From NCBI GenBank assembly GCA_964576475.1, contig CAZNVG010000005.1, positions 1 to 55,690 of the forward strand: a stretch of 55,690 bases of DNA, in the 5' to 3' direction. Positions 33,551 to 43,747 of this stretch are shown here, piece by piece. Positions within the stretch are counted from its first letter, which is position 1, and each line of letters opens with the position of its first letter. The position numbers and the translations under genes are program-made. Source of the stretch: an uncultured Candidatus Saccharibacteria bacterium (GTDB lineage: Bacteria > Patescibacteriota > Saccharimonadia > Saccharimonadales > CAZNVG01). The notes beneath the pieces are model-generated. The model did not search any database. It saw only the letters and a program-made list of their open reading frames with translations, and was not told the DNA's origin.

Positions 33551-34885
33551 ATGACATTTTATGAGGGCACTTCTGCAACTATCGAAGCGAAAACGACTCG
33601 CCCTGAGATAGTTGCCGCTTCTGAAGTTATTGATAGAGGAATGATCGAAGAGACTGCTATGCTGCTCATTAATAATCACGAGCAGCTTGAGCGCAACCCG
33701 TGGCATGGTGAAGCAGAAGACAACGCGCGAACCGCATTATTTGAGGCGCTGACAGCAAGCGGCCATCTGAGTACTATTGAGTTAGGTGGCGCCGCAGCAG
33801 AAGCGAATCGTCAAGTTTTGACACGACTACTCAATGGACTTTCTGATGATCTTCCGGAATGGGAAGCTCGACGCAGGTTTTATGAAATTTGTGAGGAGCT
33901 TATTATTCACGAAGTATTTGACGGCATTGTTTGTGGGCAAATCGACGCAGATCTTATGGTTGCAACAATAAGTGACTTTCCTGAATCTGCGCCAATGCAT
34001 GAGATAGAGGCAGTAGGCTACAGAGGGTTGAATAAGAAAGGCATGTGTCGAGTGACGTATTTTTGGCAAGATGAACTTGGCGAGTGGCACCGAAATGTCG
34101 AGCAGATATCTCGAAGTATGAGCACGGACGGTAGTTCACAGCAGGTTCTTAAGCAGCTGGCACAGCAGCCAGTTGAGTGGAATACAACAAGTGAGCGAGT
34201 GCTCGCTCGACAGCTTCTAGCAAGTCGGACAGCCCTACCAGATGGCGCAGTAAGTTTACAGCAGCACCTCGATGAAGCCTCCGGGTCTAATGTGTTATAT
34301 GGCAACCGACTAATCGGTCATCATACATATCCAAGCTACGATAGGCTCCGCGTTGTATCTGCAGAGCGCGAAAAAGCATTAGAGCGTTATGTTGATAGAC
34401 TGGCGGATTATGAACGAATGTTGGATCTGAAACTAGACGCTGGCGATATTAGTTACGACCAGAAACTTCGGCTGTATCATCAAAAGGTCGACACGATGCT
34501 TAATGAAATATGCTTGCTAGACCCTTCGTATGCACATGATGCTAGGGGTGAGAAATCCGCACAGTACTTTGAAAAAGCAGGCAATGCTATGCTTGCAGGT
34601 GATGATTATGCAGCACAAAACTATTTGAAGATGGCTATATCAAACATAGACCCGCGTGCGGCGGCAATTTGCGGTGGCAATGGCAAGCCAAGCGCAGATT
34701 CTGTAGCAGCCGATGCGGCAGAAGCATATGGAAATGCTAAAGAAGATATTGAAACATGGAGCTATAAACCAGGCTACTGTCGTTTAAAAAGCTGCGTATG
34801 GGAAGGACAGATTACGGAAGTTGGTCCATGCAACGTGTGTAGAAGTTGTCAGAGAAAATTTGATGCGGGGGCAAAACCGGAGTAA
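33551..34885 (+). CDS. Hypothetical protein with C-terminal Cys cluster (putative Zn-binding)
   Basis: Long ORF (track starts at 33341; ATG 33551 MTFYEG preferred). C-terminus CRLKSC...GPCNVCRSC. Confidence 0.75.
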   Translation: MTFYEGTSATIEAKTTRPEIVAASEVIDRGMIEETAMLLINNHEQLERNPWHGEAEDNARTALFEALTASGHLSTIELGGAAAEANRQVLTRLLNGLSDDLPEWEARRRFYEICEELIIHEVFDGIVCGQIDADLMVATISDFPESAPMHEIEAVGYRGLNKKGMCRVTYFWQDELGEWHRNVEQISRSMSTDGSSQQVLKQLAQQPVEWNTTSERVLARQLLASRTALPDGAVSLQQHLDEASGSNVLYGNRLIGHHTYPSYDRLRVVSAEREKALERYVDRLADYERMLDLKLDAGDISYDQKLRLYHQKVDTMLNEICLLDPSYAHDARGEKSAQYFEKAGNAMLAGDDYAAQNYLKMAISNIDPRAAAICGGNGKPSADSVAADAAEAYGNAKEDIETWSYKPGYCRLKSCVWEGQITEVGPCNVCRSCQRKFDAGAKPE

Positions 34886-34887
34886 CT

Positions 34888-35043
34888 ATGAATCAAGAAT
34901 CTACTGATATAAACGCGTGCTCGCTCGAATACTTTTGCGAAGTTTGTGATTATTATCCGCTATATCCTGCCCATGGGCATTATCAGTGTCCACAGTGTGG
35001 CTATAAAACAAAATGTTGTGAAGGTATGGCGCAGGAGCTGTGA
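34888..35043 (+). CDS. 51-aa Cys-rich zinc-ribbon microprotein (CPxCG type), not in the ORF track
   Basis: MNQESTDINACSLEYFCEVCDYYPLYPAHGHYQCPQCGYKTKCCEGMAQEL*. Fills the gap exactly: starts 2 nt after the previous stop, and its stop overlaps the nadD GTG. Confidence 0.75.
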   Translation: MNQESTDINACSLEYFCEVCDYYPLYPAHGHYQCPQCGYKTKCCEGMAQEL

Positions 35044-35612
35044 GTAAAATAGGACTGTATTCCGGTACATTCGACCCTGTTCATAATGGCCACTTACGTC
35101 TCGCAGAGCACGCGATTAAAGAGCTTGGTCTGCAACAGATTTGGTTTCTACCCGAAAGGAAACCTCGTCGCAAGCAGACAGTGAGCGATATATCACACAG
35201 GATTGCAATGCTCGAGATTGCTTCAGCCGACAATGAATCAATAAAGATCGTGCAGTTGGCAGAAGATCAGTTTACCTTGCGAGGCAGTCTAGCATTACTT
35301 CAGTCACAGGCACGGTCTGCAGGATTGGTATTACTGATGGGGTCGGATAATGTACCGCATTTACTTGATGCATGGCCTGATTTGGAGCAGTATCAATCGG
35401 CATTCTCAATCGCTGTCGCGCAGCGAGTTGGTCATAGCCAGGACACAATGGCAATACTTAAGAAGGTTGAGTTGCGATTTCCCGAGCTTGATATCACTCT
35501 TTTGTCACGATCAGCAGATGATATGGCTTCATCAAAAGCTCGTTCACATCAATCAACAGATGTGCCTAGGCAAGTACTTGAGTATATGAAAACACACGCA
35601 TTGTATGCGTAA
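35040..35612 (+). CDS. nadD: Nicotinate-nucleotide adenylyltransferase
   Basis: GLYSGTFDPVHNGHL (HxGH), HRIAML, LLMGSD, ASSKAR (SSxxxR). Confidence 0.85.
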   Translation: MSKIGLYSGTFDPVHNGHLRLAEHAIKELGLQQIWFLPERKPRRKQTVSDISHRIAMLEIASADNESIKIVQLAEDQFTLRGSLALLQSQARSAGLVLLMGSDNVPHLLDAWPDLEQYQSAFSIAVAQRVGHSQDTMAILKKVELRFPELDITLLSRSADDMASSKARSHQSTDVPRQVLEYMKTHALYA

Positions 35613-35618
35613 AGTCTT

Positions 35619-37316
35619 TTAGGCTTCTTCTGCTTCGTCATGTTCGTAGTGGCTCTGAAGATAGAGTAAGTGTTTCTCGCGAAACTTCTTGAACTCTGTC
35701 TTTCCGATACCCTTTCGTTTAATGAAGGCGCTGATTTTCTCGCTACCAATGAAGTGTGGCAACATCACATACGACGCATCTTCTGCATATAGTTCAGATG
35801 CATGTTCGGCGCTGTCGGCCGAGCAGATAAAGACTGCCTTCGGATTCTTGTTGCTAAGCCAGTGAGCTATAAATTTGTTAGTTTCGAAATCGCTCATTGT
35901 TGATATGACCATATGAGCTTTATCAAGGTTTAACTCTTCAATTAGCTCTGGATCCGTGGCGTCGCCATACAGGTAATTGACGTGTTGTCTCTCTAGCGTC
36001 TCAATAGCTTCCGGATTATAGTCGACGACAATAAAGCGTCTCCCCATGTTTTTAAACGTTCGGACAAATTCGTGGCCGCCTTTTTGATATCCGAATAAGA
36101 CGACAGGATAATGCGCGCGAGCATCATGCTGTTCGAGCTTTGTGACTTTACGCTCGAATAGACGCAGTCGCTCTTCGATGCGTGAGTAAATCGCGTTGTC
36201 ATATTTTATAAGGTAGGTTGATAGCGCAAAGGTTATGAGAGCGGTCAGTGTTATCGCCGAAGAGGCACGTTCTGACACGACACCAATACTTAATGCAGCA
36301 GCTATGAAGACCAGCGAGAATTCACTTATCTGACTCATCGATATCGCAGATTTAAAGCTGGCACGTTTTGTGTAGCCCATGACACCCATTGAAACGAGAA
36401 CAACAAGCGGTTTAAGGATGAGTACAACTAAACTGAAAGCGACAGCTATACCAAAAACGCTTGGGAGCTTACCTGGAGTCATTGCTTGCCCGAGGGTAAT
36501 AAAGAATATGACAATGAAGAAGTCTCTTAGTGGTTTAAGTCGAGAAGCCATCTCTCCGCTATATGGCAAGCTGGCAAGGCTTACGCCAGCAAACAGAGCG
36601 CCAGTTTCTATCGAAAAGCCGCTTATCTCAAACAGTGTTGCGAAACCTAGACCCCATGCAAGTGCAAAGATCAGCAACAACTCCTTGTTTCCTTCTAGTA
36701 TCTTTGTCAGTGAAGGGACTATGTATTTTCCAGCAAGGAACAGTATCAACATAAGACAACTGCCACGTATTGCCAGCAACTCAACAGTTACTACCGAGCC
36801 ACTCGTGCTTTTGGCGGCAAGTGCTATTTTTGCTACGGTTGCCACCAAATCTTGTAGCAGTAGGACACCGATGGCTATCTGTGCGTATAGTCGAGTGGTT
36901 TCTTTCTTATCATTAAATAGCTTCACGATTATAATCGTGCTGCTCATTGCGAGCGCAAGTCCCAAGACTGCCGATTCTAATCTGTCAAAGTGGAATAACT
37001 GAGATACGAAGAAGCCTACGGCAGAGATTATGGTTATTTGTGAGAGAGTGGTGAAGAAGACTGTTTTGCCTAGCTTTGAAAAGACCCGAATATTAAGGTC
37101 TAGTCCAATGATAAAGAGCAGCAATGCAACGCCCATGCTACTGAGACCGTTAAATGCGGTGTCGGCGTGGATTATCTTTAAAAAAGAAGGGCCAGCAATA
37201 ACGCCAGTAATGATATGGCCAATAATAAGTGGTTGTCGCAGCAAACGCATTGCGAGAGCAATGACTGCTCCCAACGATATGATGATACTGATTTCGCCAA
37301 ATACGTTGCTATGCAT
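35619..37316 (-). CDS. CPA2 (KefB/KefC-like) cation:proton antiporter with TrkA-N/KTN domain
   Basis: About 12 TMs, GVALLLFIIGLDL, SSTIIIVKL, LLLQDL, QISEFSLV, C-terminal FGYQKGG..VVDYNPE..YGDATD. Confidence 0.9.
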   Translation of the reverse strand: MHSNVFGEISIIISLGAVIALAMRLLRQPLIIGHIITGVIAGPSFLKIIHADTAFNGLSSMGVALLLFIIGLDLNIRVFSKLGKTVFFTTLSQITIISAVGFFVSQLFHFDRLESAVLGLALAMSSTIIIVKLFNDKKETTRLYAQIAIGVLLLQDLVATVAKIALAAKSTSGSVVTVELLAIRGSCLMLILFLAGKYIVPSLTKILEGNKELLLIFALAWGLGFATLFEISGFSIETGALFAGVSLASLPYSGEMASRLKPLRDFFIVIFFITLGQAMTPGKLPSVFGIAVAFSLVVLILKPLVVLVSMGVMGYTKRASFKSAISMSQISEFSLVFIAAALSIGVVSERASSAITLTALITFALSTYLIKYDNAIYSRIEERLRLFERKVTKLEQHDARAHYPVVLFGYQKGGHEFVRTFKNMGRRFIVVDYNPEAIETLERQHVNYLYGDATDPELIEELNLDKAHMVISTMSDFETNKFIAHWLSNKNPKAVFICSADSAEHASELYAEDASYVMLPHFIGSEKISAFIKRKGIGKTEFKKFREKHLLYLQSHYEHDEAEEA

Positions 37317-37370
37317 ATGATTCTTGTATATTGTTTATGCTTTTATTATGCATGAAATCCAGCCTACTTG

Positions 37371-39899
37371 TTAATTTACTTCTCGGGATGTAGTACCGAA
37401 AAGACGCGCTAGTAGTTTATGGATATCAGTACTAATCAACACGACCATCACAGAAATGAGTGCGGCAGGAGCTAACTGGGCGAAAGATAAATGGCTCAGC
37501 TCAAGAAGCCTGTGGGCGGGAGTGAAGAGAACGACATACTGAAGGCCGACGGCGAGTACGAGCCCGAGCAATAGTTTGTAGTTTGGTCTTGTGAATATTC
37601 GTAGAAATGATTGGAACTCATAGTTCGCGCTGATTGCATTTGCCCACTGACTGACTACGAGTACTGTGAAGGCAATGGCCTGGGCATACTCCACGCCATG
37701 ATGGAGATTGCGCTTGAAGAATACGAGAGCCAGGATCGCCATTATGGCCGAGACCATGATTAGTCGACTGATCATACGAAAACCAAGCAGTGGACTGTTG
37801 GGTTTCTGAGGAGGTAGGCGCATTTGTTGAGGTTCTGGGTCGCCGAGGCCCAGCGGGATGACCAGCATGCTGTCAGTGACCAGGTTGATCCATAGGATTT
37901 GAGCAGCAGTAACTGGTAGCGGTAGATCAAGTAGTAGCGCGCTGATCATAGTGAGTGCTTCTCCTAGATTGGTAGCAAGCAGGTAAAACAGGACTTTGCG
38001 TATGTTAGATATGATAGAACGCCCGAGGCGTAAACCTTTTATGATAGTACTGAAATTGTCATCAAGTAGAACTAGATCACTCGCCTCCTTGGCGGCATCT
38101 GTGCCGCTTCCCATAGCCAGCCCAACATCCGCCTCAACAATAGCGGGCACGTCGTTAACGCCATCTCCTGTCATGGCGACTATCTCGTGGCCCTTCAGTG
38201 CTTGCATGAAGCGGTATTTGTGAACGGGGAGTACGCGACCAAAAACGCGTTTAGTCAGGAGTGCATGACGAATTCTCCCTCTGCTTTTATCCAATACCGT
38301 AGAACTTGATACCTGCGATTTCGCACTTATAAGCCCTGCGCTCATGCCTATATGACCTGCTGTTTCGATGTGATCACCGGTTAGCATTACCACGCCGACC
38401 CCGGCCATTCGCGCATCCTTTATGGCGTTTTGGACCTCAGGTCGCAGAGGGTCATTAAGCCCAACAATGCCGTCGATCTCCAGTTTATGAAGTAAAGTAT
38501 CTGAAAGATTTTCAGGTATTTTATGTAACTTTAGATGGCCAATGGCCAATGTGCGGTAGCCTTGTTTGGCATATTCTGCACTTTCGTTCTCTAGTGTTAT
38601 GTCGCCTTTTTCGAGTAATGCCTCAGGAGCTCCCTTTACGTAGAGCGTGTAGCCAGTGGTTTCTTTCCATAGCGCCCCGCTCACTCGAAGTTCTTGGTCA
38701 AAAGGAAAATCCTTTATTTTCTTGCCAAGAAGTCTTGAAGATCCTGCTTTGCTAAAGTTGTTGTGAATTATTGTGTCTATGACATCGGCATGTTTGTCAC
38801 CAAAACTAGTGACGCTTTTTCGTGCCGCGGCAGCAAACTCCGTATCATTATTTAAAACGTGGGATGTCGCAGCAACCGAAAGCCTATTCTTTGTCAGCGT
38901 GCCGGTTTTGTCTGTTGCGATGAGAGTTAGCGCACCAAGCGTCTCAATGCTGGCAAACTTTTTAACAAGCACCTTTGCTCTCGCCATTCGTTTAGCACCT
39001 ATAAATAGCATGACAGTCATCGCGATTGGCAGGCCTTCCGGCACGGCAGATACGATTATCGAAAGACTGAAGCGTAGTGCTTCTTCTGTCTCTATGCCTC
39101 GATATATTGCCAAGCCAAATACTAGGATGGCTAACGCGCAAATAGCGTAGATTAGTTTTCGGGCAAGCCTATCGATTTTGTGCTCGATAGGACTTTTGTC
39201 TATGTGTGCGTCTGTCACCAAAGCATTAATTGCGCCCAAGGCGGTTTTGCTACCGATGGCGCTCACCACCATCTGACCGACACCACTTTGTACAAGTGTG
39301 CCTTTAAATAGCATGTTTTTCTGGTCATATAGTTCAAGGCTGCCGTGGAGTGGTTCAAGAGTTTTATGAACAGGCAAAGATTCTCCAGTCAGGATAGATT
39401 CATCGACGCGCAGTTGTTCAAGAGCGACCAGTCTACCGTCTGCAGGCACTTTCATTCCTTCTTCGATGAGCACGAGGTCGCCAGGCACGAGTTCGGTCGA
39501 ATCAATTCTCGCTACCGTATTTTCTCTGCGAACATGTACCTTCAAAACGTCTTGCGAACGAAGCGCCATAAGCGCTCGCTCTACAGAAAACTGCTGAACA
39601 TAATAGATGCCGACATCGAAGATGATAACTAAGCCAATAATAATGGCGTCTAGCGACTCGCCGGTGAAAAAACTGATGAGTGCCGCAATGATAAGGACGC
39701 AGACAAATACATTTGCAAAAGGTTCTAAGACTCGAGACCAGAACGGGCGCTTGATAATAGGTAGTTCGTTTTTGCCAAACTGAACAGTTCTCTTTTTGAC
39801 TTCACTACTGCTTAAGCCTGACAGACCAGAGTTAAGTTCGTGAAGTGCACTAGCGGCGTCTTTTTCGTAAAGTTTTCTGTTTTCTGTTTTATCTCTCAC
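37371..39899 (-). CDS. Cation-transporting P-type ATPase (type II, Ca2+-like)
   Basis: VDESILTGES, VPEGLP, DKTGTLT, KGAPE, MLTGDH, MTGDGVND, WINLVTD. Confidence 0.95.
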   Translation of the reverse strand: MRDKTENRKLYEKDAASALHELNSGLSGLSSSEVKKRTVQFGKNELPIIKRPFWSRVLEPFANVFVCVLIIAALISFFTGESLDAIIIGLVIIFDVGIYYVQQFSVERALMALRSQDVLKVHVRRENTVARIDSTELVPGDLVLIEEGMKVPADGRLVALEQLRVDESILTGESLPVHKTLEPLHGSLELYDQKNMLFKGTLVQSGVGQMVVSAIGSKTALGAINALVTDAHIDKSPIEHKIDRLARKLIYAICALAILVFGLAIYRGIETEEALRFSLSIIVSAVPEGLPIAMTVMLFIGAKRMARAKVLVKKFASIETLGALTLIATDKTGTLTKNRLSVAATSHVLNNDTEFAAAARKSVTSFGDKHADVIDTIIHNNFSKAGSSRLLGKKIKDFPFDQELRVSGALWKETTGYTLYVKGAPEALLEKGDITLENESAEYAKQGYRTLAIGHLKLHKIPENLSDTLLHKLEIDGIVGLNDPLRPEVQNAIKDARMAGVGVVMLTGDHIETAGHIGMSAGLISAKSQVSSSTVLDKSRGRIRHALLTKRVFGRVLPVHKYRFMQALKGHEIVAMTGDGVNDVPAIVEADVGLAMGSGTDAAKEASDLVLLDDNFSTIIKGLRLGRSIISNIRKVLFYLLATNLGEALTMISALLLDLPLPVTAAQILWINLVTDSMLVIPLGLGDPEPQQMRLPPQKPNSPLLGFRMISRLIMVSAIMAILALVFFKRNLHHGVEYAQAIAFTVLVVSQWANAISANYEFQSFLRIFTRPNYKLLLGLVLAVGLQYVVLFTPAHRLLELSHLSFAQLAPAALISVMVVLISTDIHKLLARLFGTTSREVN

Positions 39900-40062
39900 G
39901 GTCAGTTCAGTCTATCAAATTGCTAGTGGTAGAGAAACCACTAAAGCATATGCAATTTGACACTATGCCAGCATCATGCGAAACTATCTTGGTTTTATGT
40001 GAGTGATTTGCATGCAAAAATTCTTGCGAGTCGCGAAAAATCAAAACAAAGTGGAGAAAAAA

Positions 40063-40326
40063 ATGAGTGGTTTTGCTGTATTGTTTACGGCTGTATTTAC
40101 GTGTACGTGGAGTTCGCTGCGTCTAGTGCAGGGTCCTCGCCCGAGGTTGCGTGCGCGAATGCCGGTAGTCGATAGTATTCAGTTTACTGAAAGAATGGAG
40201 CAATTAACGTTGCCCATAGGGAAGCGTATATCTGTGCATGTTGCCTCGTCACGGAAAAGTCATTTAAAAGTACGGATTGAGCGCCCCCAATGGGCGCAAT
40301 ACATCCAGAGCGATCTACAGACGTAA
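40063..40326 (+). CDS. Possible small hypothetical protein
   Basis: GGAG SD 7 nt before ATG 40063, N-terminal hydrophobic stretch, fills an otherwise empty gap. No recognisable motif. Confidence 0.35.
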   Translation: MSGFAVLFTAVFTCTWSSLRLVQGPRPRLRARMPVVDSIQFTERMEQLTLPIGKRISVHVASSRKSHLKVRIERPQWAQYIQSDLQT

Positions 40327-40393
40327 AAACCGCACCAATTATTGGCAAAAAATACCATTTTAGAGTATGATATGTTTCTTAAAGCTAATTATC

Positions 40394-40840
40394 ATGACGA
40401 ACTTCGCGCATCCAATAGAATTCATCCACTCAGCGGACAGTCGGACACGGCCTGAGCACCGAAGCAGACTGGTGTCTGCTTTAGGCTTCTTGGCCAGAAA
40501 GAAAGTCGAGTTTTCGGAAGCCAATACACCAGATACTATCGAATCGATCGCCGCTGTGTTTGATGCATATATGCATGACGAGGTTGCCGCACCACCACAG
40601 GTGGAAATGGAAGCACGATTGCTGAAGTTCATAGAAGCACAGCCCAAGGGTATTTATGATACGCGCGATATTACTGCTGCCTTAGGCGTTTGCTTTGAAA
40701 ACCGCATGAACCCTTTTAGGCCAGGCGTGTCGCTTGATGACATAGTTGAGACTTCCGACTCTCTACGAGACACATGGTATGTTTCTCACAGAAGCGAAAT
40801 TTCAGAGGCTATTTCGGCTAATCGCGTAGATCAAGACTAG
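40394..40840 (+). CDS. Hypothetical protein
   Basis: Open frame with protein-like composition. Start uncertain (40367 or 40394). Confidence 0.6.
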   Translation: MTNFAHPIEFIHSADSRTRPEHRSRLVSALGFLARKKVEFSEANTPDTIESIAAVFDAYMHDEVAAPPQVEMEARLLKFIEAQPKGIYDTRDITAALGVCFENRMNPFRPGVSLDDIVETSDSLRDTWYVSHRSEISEAISANRVDQD

Positions 40841-40841
40841 A

Positions 40842-41546
40842 TTATTGGGCGGGTGCAGGGGTAGGTTCGCTTACTGGCGCAGGTGTGCTGACGGGGTTTG
40901 CGTCAGCAATGGCTTTATCAATGAGTTGTTTGAACTCCTCGTACGATGCGGGTGAGTCAATTTGTTTACCGTTCACGAAAATAGTTGGCGTGCCAGTTAC
41001 GCCGGTTTTCTTGCCACTCTCTAGGTCATCATTGATAGCAGTGTTGATGGCTTCGCTACTGTAGTCTGATTTGAACTGGTCCATATTTAGACCGAGCTGT
41101 GATGCAAAGTTTTCAAAGATTGCTTGCGCTTCTTTGCTGCCGCTCCATTGCTCTTGTGTTTGGTAGAGCTGTGAGTACATCTGTTCGAATTTACCTTGTT
41201 TTGCAGCGGCTTCTGCAGCCCGGGCCGCAGCTTGAGCGTTTGGATGAATGCTAATGAGCGGGAAGTTACGGAAGACGAATTGAATGTCGTCTTTATACTC
41301 AGCACGAGCCTGCTCAATGATGGGGAAGAATCTTCCACAGCTTGGGCATTGGTAGTCGCCATATTCAATAATTGTTACTTTTTTTGTACCTGCTCCCAGT
41401 TTATGGTCGCTTTCCTTTACTTCAAGTATGTTTCCGTTGCTGTATTTGTTTCCTTGCGGTGTTTTTGCCTTACCTCCACTGAGTGCGAAGATACCGATGA
41501 GTGCTGCAACGACAACGACTAAAATAATCCAAAAGTTTTTCGACAT
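40842..41546 (-). CDS. DsbA/thioredoxin-fold disulfide oxidoreductase
   Basis: N-terminal TM, EYGDYQCPSC, FRNFPL..HPNA, GVTGTPTIFVNG. GGAGG SD before ATG 41546. Confidence 0.92.
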   Translation of the reverse strand: MSKNFWIILVVVVAALIGIFALSGGKAKTPQGNKYSNGNILEVKESDHKLGAGTKKVTIIEYGDYQCPSCGRFFPIIEQARAEYKDDIQFVFRNFPLISIHPNAQAAARAAEAAAKQGKFEQMYSQLYQTQEQWSGSKEAQAIFENFASQLGLNMDQFKSDYSSEAINTAINDDLESGKKTGVTGTPTIFVNGKQIDSPASYEEFKQLIDKAIADANPVSTPAPVSEPTPAPAQ

Positions 41547-41641
41547 GATTCCTCCATAAATTTGCCCTTCTATCATAACTGCTGGCTAGTTTTAATGCTA
41601 GGGCTGGCAAAAAGTTAGACAATCAGGCTATCATAAGTGCA

Positions 41642-42685
41642 ATGAAAGCATTTCTTGTTTTACTTCTTGCACTCACGCTTATCGCAGCACTTACTATAGC
41701 CGCGGCCTTACTGCGAGTATTACGTCGGCAAAGTCTCTTTGAGATGCAACTACGATCTAAAGAGAAAGACGACCCTGCTGCACATTTATTACCATTGTTT
41801 TTAAAAAGAAATCAGACTGCATGGCTAGCACGCGCAGTCGTTGTTGTTTCTGAATTGAGCCTCGTTATAGTACTTGCCTGGAGATGGTGGGCGCCCTTTG
41901 CCGTCGTTGCTACGTCTGCAGGACTTTTGGTCGGTAGCTATATCATAAATTACTTTTTGCCATATGAGCGAGTTGAGTTATTTGCCGCGAAGTCAGCAGC
42001 CTATGTCAACTCGGTGCTTGTGTTTCTAACTCCAGTAACTGCCGTGCTGAGAAGCTGGTTTGTTCGCAAGCCTATTGATGTATCTTTGCCGTTTGTGAGT
42101 AAAGAAGAGTTGATAGAGTTGGTTCGCGCGAGCGAGTCCTCCCACGCGAGTCTTAGTGGCGATGAGCGCAGCATCGCTGTGCATGCACTGAGTTTTAGCG
42201 ACAAAATTATTGCTGATGTTATGGTTCCTCGTCGAGTGGTTAAGGGTGTTGATGTTAAGGCGCAGGTGAACCTGAAACTTATGAGTGAATTGCACGAAAG
42301 TGGGTTTTCACGCTTCCCCGTGTACGAGGAAAATCTCGATCATATAGTTGGCACCCTGTATCTGAAGAATCTGGTTGGTGCGGCAAAAAGTGACACACGT
42401 CGCGTCAAAGATGTATTTGATAAATCGGTTTACTTTGTCAACGAGAGCCAAACACTTAACCACGCGCTTAATGCCTTCCTACGCACCAAGCACCATCTGT
42501 TTATTGTAGTAAATGAGTTTCAAGAAATGACAGGCGTGATTACAATCGAGGATGTTATCGAGCAGCTTATTGGACGCAAAATAGTTGATGAGTTTGATAA
42601 GTACGATGATCTACGTGAAGTCGCAGCTCTCGCTGCAAAAAAAGACAAGAAGTCACATACTGATCCGACAGAAGTAAAAGATTAA
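41642..42685 (+). CDS. CNNM/CBS-pair (TlyC/CorC-like) membrane protein
   Basis: N-terminal TMs, ADVMVPR, SGFSRFPVYE..DHIVG, HLFIVVNEF..MTGVITIEDVIEQLIG. Confidence 0.88.
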   Translation: MKAFLVLLLALTLIAALTIAAALLRVLRRQSLFEMQLRSKEKDDPAAHLLPLFLKRNQTAWLARAVVVVSELSLVIVLAWRWWAPFAVVATSAGLLVGSYIINYFLPYERVELFAAKSAAYVNSVLVFLTPVTAVLRSWFVRKPIDVSLPFVSKEELIELVRASESSHASLSGDERSIAVHALSFSDKIIADVMVPRRVVKGVDVKAQVNLKLMSELHESGFSRFPVYEENLDHIVGTLYLKNLVGAAKSDTRRVKDVFDKSVYFVNESQTLNHALNAFLRTKHHLFIVVNEFQEMTGVITIEDVIEQLIGRKIVDEFDKYDDLREVAALAAKKDKKSHTDPTEVKD

Positions 42686-43581
42686 TCCTCGAGATACTGA
42701 CCAGCCTCAATGAGTCCGAGCGCATCTTCGATTTGCACTAAAATGCTTTTACTTAACGCTCGGTCGCCGATCGCACGTTCGGCCTCAATCTGAATCTCCT
42801 GCTCTATGAGATTTCCAGACATACCAAGAACTTCCCCGGTCTCCTCGTCACGGTCAACTTCTTCAGGCCGGCAATATCGCGCCATACATTCAATGATGCT
42901 TGATGGCCTAATATAGCTCTCTAGATCTCCGGCTTCTGTTCGCTCCAGCTGGTACCGAGTCTCGTCGTAGCTTCTACCAATTCCCAGAGGAGGGTTCATT
43001 GAATCGGTCAGCTTGTACATGGGGTGTCGTGCACCTTGAAACCTTCGTGAGCTAATTTCGACACGACTATCATCACTCAGCCTCCATATCTTTGAGCGAT
43101 CTTCGACACTATGCGCGTCTTCCATGAGCATAGAAAAGAACGATAACACCCGAGAAACACGAGCAATGCCGATATCATGCAGGACGTCTTGCTGTTGTGC
43201 GCAATGAAAAGATGTTTCTAACAACTCATGCATTGGGGTCTCGACTTCAACTCCATCCAGCAACTCACCCAGTCCTATCGGTTGATTGATGTGTCCTCGA
43301 TATATGCCCTTAGTTAGATCCTGAATGCCTGCGAACATAACTGGAGGCGCGTATGTATCGGATTCAGCTTGTTGCCTATGGACATACAGTCTTTGTTGGC
43401 CCGCCATCGCAGAATCAAACAAAGCGTCTAGATGGAGTTCGAATTCATTTGGCAGCTCTATCTTTCTGAAAGCTTGAATTCTCAGGCGCGTAGCCTCGTT
43501 TTGCATAAGTTTAGCTTCTGCTTCTGTGATAAGCGCTTCCGCCATCGACTCAAGTTCGCCAAAACCTTCATGTGATTCCAT
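42682..43581 (-). CDS. Hypothetical acidic protein
   Basis: 299-aa ORF. TATAAT lies 9 nt upstream of the ATG on the minus strand. Confidence 0.65.
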   Translation of the reverse strand: MESHEGFGELESMAEALITEAEAKLMQNEATRLRIQAFRKIELPNEFELHLDALFDSAMAGQQRLYVHRQQAESDTYAPPVMFAGIQDLTKGIYRGHINQPIGLGELLDGVEVETPMHELLETSFHCAQQQDVLHDIGIARVSRVLSFFSMLMEDAHSVEDRSKIWRLSDDSRVEISSRRFQGARHPMYKLTDSMNPPLGIGRSYDETRYQLERTEAGDLESYIRPSSIIECMARYCRPEEVDRDEETGEVLGMSGNLIEQEIQIEAERAIGDRALSKSILVQIEDALGLIEAGQYLED

Positions 43582-43747
43582 AATTTACTTATTATACAAT
43601 AGTTTAGCGTTCGTGACCCCAGATATTTTCCGAACAGTACGATGTGGCAGACGGTCTAAACAGCGTCGTCTCAACGGGCAATCCTTGACCCTGAGGCATA
43701 TACTATATGTAGAGGGTTTTTCTAAAAAAAAGAAGGACAAATAAGCG

